A stretch of DNA of 64,000 nt from contig NC_086108.1 in assembly GCF_963921235.1 (NCBI RefSeq), positions 113,214,001-113,278,000 of the forward strand, in the 5' to 3' direction. A model generated the notes under the pieces. It did not search any database. It was not told where the DNA came from and was given only the letters and a program-made list of their open reading frames with translations. A program made the position numbers and the translations under genes. The stretch is from Mobula hypostoma. Lineage: Eukaryota. This document shows, one piece after another, positions 49,938 through 60,258 of the stretch. Each line of letters opens with the position of its first letter. Positions within the stretch are counted from its first letter, which is position 1.

Positions 49938-50793
49938 TAGTCATAGTCATACTATATTGTTCCCGGGGGAAATTGGTTTTCATTACAGTTGCACCATAAA
50001 TAATAAATAGTAATAAAACCATAAATAGTTAAATAGTAATATGTAAATTATGCCAGGAAATAAGTCCAGGACCAGCCTATTGGCTCAGGGTGTCTGACCC
50101 TCCAAGGGAGGAGTTGTAAAGTTTGATGGCCACAGGCAGGAATGACTTCCTATGACGCTCTGTGTTGCATCTCGGTGGAATAAGTCTCTGGCTGAATGTA
50201 CTCCTGTGCCCAATCAGTACATTATGTAGTGGATGGGAGACATTGTCCAAGATGGCATGCAACTTGGACAGCATCCTCTTTTCAGACACCACCGTCAGAG
50301 AGTCCAGTTCCATCCCCACAACATCACTGGCCTTACGAATGAGTTTGTTGATTCTGTTGGTGTCTGCTACCCTCAGCCTGCTGCCCCTGCACACAACAGC
50401 AAACATGATCACACTGGCCACCACAGACTCGTACAACATCCTCAGCATCATCCGGCAGATGTTAAAGGACCTCAGTCTCCTCAGGAAATAGAGACGGCTC
50501 TGTCCCTTCTTGTAGACAGCCTCAGTGTTCTTTGACCAGTCCAGTTTATTGTCAATTCGTATCCCCAGGTACTTGTAATCCTCCACCATGTCCACACTGA
50601 CCCCCTGGATGGAAACAGGGGTCACCGGTACCTTAGCTCTCCTCAGGTCTACCACCAGCTCCTTAGTCTTTTTCACATTAAGCTGCAGATAATTCTGCTC
50701 GCACCATGTGACAAAGTTTCCTACCGTAGCCCTGTACTCAGCCTCATCTCCCTCGCTGATGCATCCAACTATGGCAGAGTCATCAGAAAACTT
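49938..50793 (-). mobile_element. Young Rex1/Babar-type LINE 3' part nested in CR1
   Basis: Open frame KFSDD...KTKELVVDLRR...YKYLG...SRLYFLRRLRSF...KSFLPVAIKLYN; (atgact)n tail. Confidence 0.9.
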
Positions 50794-52474
50794 ACACGTT
50801 GTATTGAAGAAAACTTACACATTACACGTTGTATTGGAGAGATAGAAAGGTGGGCAGAGGGGGAGGCATGGCTATGTTGGTAAAGAATGCATCAAATCAG
50901 TAGGAAGATGTGACATAAGATTGGAAGATGAAGAATTATTGTGGGTTGAGTTAAGAAACTGCAATGGTAAAAGGACCCTGATGGCAGTTATATAGAGGCC
51001 TCCAAACAGTAGCTGGGATGTGTACTATAGATTACAACGGGAAATAGAAAGGCTTCTCAGAAGGACAATGTTATGATAGCCATTGGAGAGTTTAACATGC
51101 AGATCGATTGGGAAAATCAGGTTGGTAATGAACCCCAAAATACTGAATTTATTAAATACCTAAAAGATAGCTTTTTAGAGCAGCTAGTCGTTGAGCCTAC
51201 TAGGGGATCAGCTAAACTGGATTGGGAGTTATGTAATGACCTGCAGGCGATTAGGGAGCTGAAAGCAAAGGAACTCTTAAGAGACAGAGATCACAATATG
51301 ATTGAGTTCAATTTGAAATTTGATAGGTAGAAAGTAAAGTCTAATGTAGCAGTATTTCAGTGGAGTAAAGAAGGTTACAGTGGTACGAAAGAGGAGTTGG
51401 CCAAATTAAATTGGAAAGAGATGCTGGCAGGGATGACAGTAGAGCAGCAATGGCATGAATTTCTAGGAAAAATGAGGAAGGTGTAGGATTGATGTATTCC
51501 AAAATTCTCAAATGGCGAAATAGTACAACTGTAGCTGACAAGGGAAATCAAAGCTAGTGTAAAAGCAAAAGAGAGGGAATACAACAAAGCAAAAATTAGT
51601 GGGAAGGTAGAGGATTGGGAATCTTTTAAAACCCTGCAGAGAACAACTGAAAGAATCATTAGGACGGAAAAGATGAAATATGAAAGCAAGCTAGCAAACA
51701 TTATCAAGGTGGATAGAAAAAGCATTTTCAAGTATATAAAAAATAAAATAAAGATGAGAGTGGATATAGGACTGCTGGAAAATGAGGCCGGAGAAGTTAC
51801 AATGGAGGAACAAGGAGATGGCAGATGAATGAAATGAATATTTTGCAGCAGTCTTCACTGTGAAACACACTGGCAGTGTGCCAGGTGTTGAAGGGTTTGA
51901 GGGAAGAGAAGTGGGTGAGTTACTGTTACAAAAGAGAAGGTGCTCAAAAAAGCTGAAAGACCTAAAAGTACATAAGTCACCCGGACCAGATGAACTGCAC
52001 CCCAGGTTTCTGAAAGAGGTAGCGATAGAGATTGTGAAGGCATTAGTAATGATCTTTCAAAATTCGTTAGAGTCTGGCATGATGCTGGAGGACTGGAAAA
52101 TTGCAAATGTCACTCCACACTTTAAGAAAGGAGGAAGGCAGCAGAAAGGAAATTATAGACCAGTTAGCCTGACTTCAGTGGTTGGGAAGATGCTGGAGTC
52201 AATAGTTAGGGATGAGGTTATGGAGTACTTGGTGACACAGGACAAGATAGGGCAAAGTCAGCATGGTTTCCTTCAGGGAAAATCCTGCCTGACAAACCCA
52301 TTGGAATTCTTTGAGGAGATTACAAGTAGGATAGCTAAAGGGATACAGTAGGTGTTGTATATTTGGACTTTCAGAAGGCCTTTTACAAGGTGCCATACAT
52401 GAGGCTGCTTACCAAGTTAAGAGCCCGTAGTATTACAGGAGTGTTACTAGTACTACTAGTACTACTAGTACTAC

Positions 52475-53133
52475 AGGATTACAAATACCTAGGGATACAA
52501 ATTGACAATAAACTGGACTGGTCAAAGAACACTGAGGCTGTCTACAAGAAGGGACAGAGCCGTCTCTATTTCCTGAGGAGACTGAGGTCCTTTAACATTT
52601 GCCGGTCGATGCTGAGGATGTTGTACGAGTCTGTGGTGGCCAGTGCCATCATGTTTGCTGTTGTGTGCTGGGGCAGCAGGCTGAGAGTAGCAGACACCAA
52701 CAGAATCAACAAACTCATTCGTAAGGCCAGTGATGTTGTGGGGATGGAACTGGACTCTCTAACGGTGGTGTCTGAAAAGAGGATGCTGTCTAAGTTGCAT
52801 GCCATCTTGGACAATGTCTCCCATCCACTACATAACGTACTGGGTGGGCACAGGAGTACATTCAGCCAGAGACTCATTCCACCGAGATGCAACACAAAGC
52901 GTCATAGGAAGTCATTCCTGCCTGTGGCCATCAAACTTTACAACTCCACCCTTGGAGGGTCAGACACCCTGAGTCAATAGGCTGGGCCTGGACTTATTTC
53001 ATAATTCACTGGCATAATTTACATATTACTATTTAACTATTTATGGTTTTATTACTATTTATTATTTATGGTGCAACTGTAACGAAAAGCAATTTCCCCC
53101 GGGATCAATAAAGCATGACTATGACTATGACTA
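52475..53133 (+). mobile_element. Second copy of the same Rex1/Babar subfamily, opposite orientation, nested in the same CR1
   Basis: Near-identical translation; (atgact)n tail; actagta at 52446-52452 and 53130-53136. Confidence 0.9.
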
Positions 53134-53553
53134 GTATGGTTAGAGCATTGGCTGATTGGTAGGAGGCAGCGAGTGGGAATAAAAGGATCCTTTTCTGGTT
53201 GGCTGCCAGTGACTAGTGGTGTCCGGGAGGGGTCAGTGTTAGGACCACTTCTTTTTATGCTTTAAATAAATGATTTAGATGATGGAATAGAAGGCTTTTC
53301 TCCCAAGTTTGCAGATGATATGAAGATTGGTGAAGGGCAGGTAGTATTGAGGAAACAGGTAGGCTGCAGAAGGATTGAGACAGATTAGGAGAATGGGCAA
53401 GAAAGTGGCAAATGAAATACAATGTTGGAAAATGCATGGTCATGCACTTTGGTAGAAGAAATAAACATGAAGACTATTTTCTAAATGAGGAGAAAATTCA
53501 AAAACCTGAGATGCACATGGACTTGGGAGTCCTTGTGCAGAGCACCGTAAAAG

Positions 53554-54363
53554 AGGACCCTGGCACCTAACGGCCACTCCTTTGCTTGCATCTTTGGAAA
53601 CAGCTCGATTTTTATCTTTAATCTCTATTTTCCCTTTCAGGGTTCTTTTGAAGATCCTGACCTGGAGTTACACGCTGACTTCAGTTCTTTGCGGGAATGG
53701 GACCTGCTCTCGGGGACTTACGACTGGCTGCTATCTGATAAACCAAGGACGCAGCCTAGATGCTTAGTGCAACTTCAGGGTTCCAGGATTTCATGGCTCT
53801 GGAGGCAGACAGACTCGTGGTCAGTGCCTCTGCAGGGAATCAGTGTGTCGTGGGAGATGGACGATCGAAAGCAGCGAGCTGGCTGCTGGCTGTGTGCCCA
53901 GAGACCCGAGTTCTTTGGGTACATAGCTCGGAAAAAGCAACACAACAGACTGTTAACATAAATCAGCGAATTGTTTGTTATGTCTCCCCTCTCGCTGTGA
54001 AACGGGAACACCTCTTTTTCCCTTATTAGGGAGAGAGAGAGAGAGAGAGAGCCAATGGTATGTCAAATTACTGGGTGAACAAGTAGTCTTTGGGGTACTG
54101 CAAGTCTGTGTCTTTGCTGATGCTTTGCTGCATGCTTGAGTGCTCAATGGCGGGGGGCACCAATGCTTTCCTTGCTGGTGGGGGTGGGGGATCATTGCTT
54201 TGCTGCTGCTTATGTGTGGGTGGGGGAGCTGGGGTGGCTTTGGGGATCTAACATTTAACTGTCATTCATTCTTTGGGGCACTCCTCTGTTTTCGTGGATG
54301 GTTGTGAAGAAAAAGAATTTCAGGATGTATATTGTAAACATATACATTAAATGTACCTTTGAA
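53554..54363 (+). mobile_element. Unclassified, about 810-bp non-coding retroposon nested in CR1
   Basis: CR1 breaks after caccgtaaaag and resumes at aaaggttaacttgcagg; insert ends gaatttcaggatgtatattgt...cctttgaa. Confidence 0.6.
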
Positions 54364-55576
54364 AGGTTAACTTGCAGGTCGAGTCAGTGATAAGAAAGGC
54401 AAATACAAAGTTAGCATTCATTTCAAGAGGTCTAGAATACAAGAGCAGGGATGTGATGCTGAGGCTTTATAAGGCACTGGTGAGGCCTCACATTGAGTAT
54501 TGTGAACAGTTTGGGCTCCCCATCAAAGAGATCTGTTGGTATTGGAGAGGGTTCAGAGGAGGTTCACAAGGATGATTCCAGGAATTAAAAGGTTAACATA
54601 CGAGGAATGCTTGATAGCTCTGGGTCTGTACTTGCTGGAATTTAGAAGGCTGAGGGGGATCTCATTGAACCCTTTCGAATGTTGAAAGGCCTCGACAGAG
54701 TAGATGTGGAAAGAATGTTTCCTATGGTGGGGGAGTCTAGGACAAGAGGGCCCAGCCTCAGGGTAGAGGGGAGCCCTTCTAAAACAGAGATGTGGAGAAA
54801 TTTCTTTAGCCAGAGATGGTGAATTTGTGGAATTTGTTACCACAGGCGGCTGTGGAGGCCAGGTCGTTGGGTGTATTTAAGGTGGAGATTGATCAGTTCT
54901 TGATTGGCCACATCAAAGATTACGGGGAGTAGACCAGGGAGTGGGGCTGAGGAGGGGAAAAAAAAGATCAGTCATGATTGAATGGCGGAGCAGACTTAGA
55001 ACATAGAATATAGAACATAGAAATTTACAGCACATTACAGGCCTTTCGGCCCACAATGTTGTACTGACCATGTAACCTACTCTACAGACTGCTTAGAATT
55101 TCCCTAGTGCATAGCCCTCTATATTTCTAAGCTCCATGTACCTATCTAAGAGGCTCTTAAAAGACCTTACTGTATCCAAAAATGGGCCAAATGGTCTGAT
55201 TCTGACCCTGTGTCTTATGGTCTAACAACTCATTGACTTCTATGGAAATTTTGGAGGTTCCTCAGTAAACTGCAGAAGCTGAAAATTTGCTCTGGACAAG
55301 ACCTGCTGTGAGTGCAATGAAGTTTCAAGACACCAATGAGCTCTCTTCTGATAAGAGCCAGTAACATCATGAGGAATCTCACCCACCCTGCTCATGGACT
55401 ATTTGTCCCAATCCCATCAGGGAGGACACTGTGTAGCATCCACACCAGGACCAGCAGACTCAAAAGCAGTTACTTTCCTCAAATAGTAAGACTGATCAAC
55501 ACCTCTGCCCGCTAACCCACTCCTCCACACCCCCAACCACTAATACTTTATCATTTCCTGTCAGAGTCACCTTATG

Positions 55577-56254
55577 GAGGAGAAGATGGCAGTGCAACAC
55601 AGCACACAGCGGCCACTCCGATGAATGATATCTGTAATCTGTCAAGTAGGGTGCCGTGGACAATCCTGATTTGATGGAGAGAGATGTGAGAGCACGGAGG
55701 AACATCTGGAGAAACTTCTGAAATGCCTGCTTCGCTGCTGTTGCTACTGTGTGATCCAGAATCTCCGGAGGGGAAGGCCCCGAGTCCTCGGCTTTGCTTG
55801 TTGCTCGGCGGCCAGGACGAGGTCGAAGCGCTTGGCAGAGGATGGTGCTTGGGAGGCTGTATCGGAGGGGCCAGTCGGAGGCTCAAAGTTTTCGGACGGA
55901 CTCAGAGTCGGCTGTAGTCGGGTGCTTCCAATGCATTGTAGGTTGTCGGCGCCTGGAGGTTTATGGCAGGGAGAGTTTCTCCCTTTTGCTGCCTGCTATC
56001 GGGACTATCGGGAGTCGACCGGAACTTTGAGACTTTTTTTACCGTGCCCATGGTCTGCTTTTCATCAAATTATGGTATTGTTTTGCACTGCTGTAACTAT
56101 ATGTTATAATTACGTGGTCTTGTCAGTGTTGGTCTTTGGTTTGTCCTGTTTTTTGTGATATCACTCTGGAGGAACATTGTATTATTTCTTAATGCAATTA
56201 TTTCTAAAGGACAATAAACGAGGACTGAGTGTCCTCATAATCTAATCTAATCTA
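55577..56254 (+). mobile_element. Unclassified, about 680-bp non-autonomous retroposon with 3' stem-loop and (taatc)n tail
   Basis: Interrupts a Rex 3' UTR whose uninterrupted form is at 45691-45760; atg on both sides; stem-loop GAGGAC-tgagt-GTCCTC at 56220-56236. Confidence 0.7.
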
Positions 56255-56970
56255 ATGTACAGACACTCCTGTGACTAGGATCACTTTATGGACATTCAAT
56301 CAATCTATGTTTAAAGATTTATATAAGTATATTTGTGTTTTTTTTAAATTATTGTGTCCTTTAACTTACTGTGTTTTTTTGTCCTGCATGAGATCTGGAG
56401 TAACAATTATTTTGTTCTCCTTTACACTTGTGTATTGGAAATGACATTAAACAATCCTGAATTTTGAATATAGCCACACAAGTGAATGTCACAGATGACT
56501 CACTGATGAAAGCTAACATTGTACGACATCAGAGGCCAGTGGGTTGTACGCGAACACTTCACAAACTAACTCCTGTTGGCTGGAAGGAAAAAAATAATCA
56601 CATGCTTTCTGTAAGGTGTCCCAGTCCCTTGTTGAGCACAGCCTCAGTGAACTCTGAGCTCTCAGGGTACATTGGAAAGTCAACCCCACTGTGACCTTTC
56701 AATATGTTAAACGTTTTGAAAAGTACATTTGCTCTTTTGCTCTTAAAACAATCAGAATCATTGTCCTCCTGACATTTAAGGCTAACTTTGCGTTCTCGGA
56801 TAAAGACTCGGTTTTGAACCGCAGCGTCTTAACCCTTTGACTGCTTGTCATGTTTTGCAGGTCGGAATGCGAATCCGCTGCAGCTGACTATACAAGGAAA
56901 AGGGAAGGGATCGTAGCTCCTGGTTTCTCCGTCGCACTCAGTTCTCCTCCCGGTCTCAGAGCCTGTGGAT

Positions 56971-57345
56971 TACAGTCAGTGGCCACTTTATTATGTAGCT
57001 GCTACTGGAGTGGCCACTGCGTGTATATTTGTGGTCTTCTACTACTGTCGCCCAGCCACTTCAAGGTTTGACATGTTGTGCATTCAGAGACGCTCTTCTG
57101 CACACCACTGTTGTGATGCGAGGTTATTTGAGTTACTGTCAATTTGAACCAGTCTAGCCATTCTCCTCTGAACTCTCTCAATAACAAGGCACTTTCACCC
57201 ACAGAACTCCTGCTCACTGGATGGTTTTGTTTTTCGCACCATTCTCTGTAAACTCTAGAGACTGTTGTGCGTGAAAATCCCAGGAGATCAGCAGTTTCTG
57301 AGATACTCAAACCACTCTGGCTGGCTCCAACAATCATTCCACAGT
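56971..57345 (-). mobile_element. Tc1/mariner deletion derivative: TIR plus N-terminal HTH of the transposase
   Basis: GMIVGA...LSISETADLLGFSRTTVSRVYREWCEKQ...TVTQIT...LKWLG.SSRRP; terminus TA-CAGTCAGTGGCCACTTTATTA. Confidence 0.85.
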
Positions 57346-57346
57346 A

Positions 57347-58045
57347 GCGCACACAAAATGCTGGAGGAACTCAGCAGGCCGGGCAGTATCTATGGTAAAG
57401 AGTAAGCAGTCGACCTTTCAGGCTGAGACCTTTCTTCAAAACTGGAAAGGAAGGGAAGAAGTCAGTGTGAGGATGTCTCATCCTGACATGTCTGCCCACG
57501 GCCTCCTCTATTGCCAGGATGAGGCCACACTCATGTTGGAGGAGCACCATCTTATATTCCATCTGGGTAGCCTCCAGCCCGATGGCATGAACATCGATTT
57601 CTCAAACTTCAGGTAATTGCCCGCCTCCTCTCCTTCACCATTGCCCATTCTTGTTTCCCTCTCTCACCTTGTCTCCTTACCTGTCCATCACCTCTTTCTA
57701 GTGCTCCTCCCCTTCCCTTTCTTCCATGGTCTTCTATCCTCTCCTATCAGATTCCCTCTCCTCCAGCACTGTATCTCTTTCACCGATCAACTTCCCAGCT
57801 CTATACTTCAGCCCTTTCCCGTCTCCTGGTTTCACCTATCACCTACTACCTTGTACTTCTTCCTCCCCTCTTACTCCACCTTCCTACTCTGACTCGTCCC
57901 CCTTCTTTCCAGTCCTGAAGAAGGGTCTCGGCCCGAAACGTCAACCGTTTCCCTCTTCCATAAATGCTGCCTGGTCTGCCGAGTTCCTCCAGCATTTTAT
58001 GTGTTTTGCTTTGGATTTCCAGTACCTGCAGATTTTCTTGTATTT
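57347..58045 (+). mobile_element. Truncated Penelope-like element with inverted 5' pLTR piece, GIY-YIG C-terminus and pLTR with tail
   Basis: 57347-57470 is a diverged reverse complement of about 57885-58007; EEHHLIFHLGSLQPDGMNIDFSNFR. Confidence 0.85.
57910..57947 (+). ncRNA. Minimal type I hammerhead ribozyme motif, best-preserved core
   Basis: CAGTC-CTGAAGA-A-GGGT(CTCG)GCCC-GAAA-CGTC-aaccg: CUGANGA, GAAA, GUC and the ACGU palindrome are intact; stem I has two mismatches. Confidence 0.7.
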
Positions 58046-59533
58046 GTTAATCAATCCATGGTCGAATTCACTTAGGTCTGAACAACAAATGGACCTCAAG
58101 AAAGCAACAGCCATCATCAAAGACCTCCAGTAATTGTGCCATGCCATCTTCTCACAGCTACCATCAGGCAGGAGGTACAGAAGCCTGAAGTTTCACAACA
58201 GCAAATTCAAGAAGCTACTTCCCTTCAACCATTCAGTTCTTGAACCACCATCACAACCCTAATCGCCACAGTCTAGCAACACTGATCAACCTTGATCACT
58301 TTGCACTAAAATGGATTTTTAAAAAAAATTCTAATCGTGTTTTCTTGTAAAAATTGTAAATAATTCCAGTTTAATTTATATTTTTCTAGAGAATGCTGCT
58401 TTCTGATGCTCTGTCCTTGTGATGCTGCTGCAGTTAAGTTTTACATTGCACCTGTGCAGATGACAATAAGCCAGTGAATCAGCTTATTGGCATATGTGTC
58501 TTCTTTTGAACGTAGTTTATTTGTCAGTCTTTATTTATAGATAGTTTTTCATAAATTCTACTGTATTTCTTTATTTTCTTGCGAATACCTGCAAGAAAAT
58601 GAATCTCAGGGCAGTATATGGTGTATGTACTTTAATAATACGGTAAATTGAGTCTAATAATGACTGACGTGTTTCACACGGGCCAGGAATTCCATTGCAT
58701 CCTGGTGTTGAAGACAGTGAACTCATTTGGATGTGAATTTCCATGGTACAGCCGACTCTCCAGGAGTAAATTTGTGGCCAGCTAGAGGCATTGAACAAAA
58801 ATACGAAACGCACGCCAGGCATTGAATGTTTGGTTCCAGAGACACGTGTATCTCGCAGGGAGAAAACTGGCTGCCGGCCCTCGACCTACATTCTCATGGT
58901 AAGGGAGTGAACCTGAGCAGACAGACAGATGAGTTGTCAAGCAACATTTGGATCTTGTACATCAGTAAACTGATTGGGAAGCTACAGAAATGTCCTCCAC
59001 TGATGAAGCCAGCGTCCCAGAAGAAGCAGCGATGGACACTTCAACAGAAGAGGTGATTCACAGCCTACTGCCCACAACATCAACTAGCCAGGAAGGCACA
59101 GAGGGAGAAGCAACCCACCCAGCGGTCCACGAGGGTGAGTAGCTAACTGTGCGCTACCAAGCGCAATAGATATTGTATCATTTTCCTTAAATTACCTCAC
59201 TCATTCCCTTCCTCATCTACAGGGGGAGGGATCCGTATCTGATCGATTGCGAGAATGTGGCATGTATTTAATCGATCGTGTGCTGATCCATATAGACAAC
59301 ATCCACCGCTTTGCCCTTGTCAACTTTCCTGGTAACCTCCCAGGTGCAGGAAACACTCCCTTTTCGGGGTGGGCTCTCGAAAGTGCATGTTCTTTACCTC
59401 GGCGTGTTCAGTTCACAGTTCCCCCACTGTTAGGCTACCCAGTGTGTACTGTTACTGACAGGAATCAGTAAAAACATTCAATCATACCACTCCAATTGTC
59501 GTCCTTACCCTGTGGAAACGTAACAGTACTCAC

Positions 59534-59587
59534 CCGTGGTCCTCGCCTCCCTGGTGGTCCCGGCGCACCAGGCGTTCCTGGAGGACC
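59534..59587 (-). CDS. COL24A1: Collagen exon, 54 bp, GPPGTPGAPGPPGRRGPR
   Basis: tttgtttcggaag|GGT...CGG|gtgagt; perfect Gly-X-Y. Confidence 0.93.
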
Positions 59588-59767
59588 CTTCCGAAACAAA
59601 AGAGCAGTCAGTTAGGACTCTCCTCAAGTACTCGATACAACATTACACCAGCAGTGGGAATACATTCAATTTTACAGGAGACTTCCGGCCGGTATTCCCC
59701 CCATCTTCCCACCCCTCACCAACATCCCCATCAACAGCTCCTGCTTTGTACTGATCAACCATAGACG

Positions 59768-60258
59768 ATAAGATCATAAGACATAGGAGCAGAATTAATT
59801 CATTCGGCCCACCGAGTCTGCTCGCCCATTCCATCATGGCTGATTTATGATCCCTCTCATCCCCATTCTCCCGCCTTCTCCTCATAATCTTTGATGCCCT
59901 GACTAATCAAGAACCTATCAATCTCCGCTTTAAGTATACCCAATGACTTAGTCTTCACAGCTGCCTATGGCAATGAATTCCACAGATTCACCACCCTCTG
60001 GCTAAAGAAATTCCTCCTCATCTTTGTTCTAAAGGGTCTGAGGCTGTGCCCTCTAGTCCTAGACTCACCTACTATAGGAAACATCCTCTCCACATCCACT
60101 CGACCAGGCCTTTCAATATTCAACAGGTTTCAATAAGATCCCCCCTTGTTCTTCTAAACTACAGTGAGTACAGGCCCAAAGCCATCAAACACTCTTTATA
60201 CATTAACCCTTAAATTTCTGGAATAATTTTTGTGAACCTCCCCTAAATCATCTCCAAC
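59768..60258 (-). mobile_element. CR1 LINE 3' fragment
   Basis: Reverse-complement homologue of 54560-55000 with (cttatgt/a)n tail. Confidence 0.8.

Larger units (their letters stand above)
48520..55225 (+). mobile_element. Near full-length, inactivated CR1 LINE: 5' UTR, ORF1 (Zn finger/coiled coil plus SGNH esterase), ORF2 (APE and RT), with four nested insertions
   Basis: CSSC...CVEC + LLEDRVRDLEQQ; (G/E)DSIMRG, HIGTND, ISGLLPVPR, D-x-LH esterase blocks; [28 protein letters not shown]; 3' end gtcttatggtcta. Confidence 0.9.
9712..59587 (-). other. COL24A1: Partial gene span of a clade C fibrillar collagen (alpha-1(XXIV)-like): 9 internal exons, both gene ends outside the window
   Basis: The exons splice in phase 0 to GPPGTPGAPGPPGRRGPR GLPGSHGNPGLPGLPGLK GPKGEPGLFPIKAPRGEQ GDPGPAGPIGPTGPTGEK GSKGFQGLPGPPGKQ GPAGLDGNPGVWGYPGRQ GLAGPQGKPGPKGFR GFIGPPGVVGPPGPEGKK GIAGPRGTKGPKGAV. 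The order and motifs (HGNPGLPGLPG, interruption exon, GYPGRQ-GLAGP, GFIG) fit the recalled COL24A1 sequence better than COL27A1. Confidence 0.75.

Noticed and set aside
52363..52980. 205-aa chimeric CR1-Rex ORF
   Set aside because: Chance in-frame read-through across an insertion junction (VLLVLLVLL is the stuttered target repeat).
56850..56970. Plus-strand acceptor-like site (ttttgcag|g) followed by a short open frame
   Set aside because: No matching donor or recognisable peptide, and it runs into the Tc1 relic.
59247..59471. BH3-like LRECGMYL motif in a 74-aa ORF
   Set aside because: It lacks the conserved Asp of L-x3-G-D and is out of frame with the upstream candidate exon.
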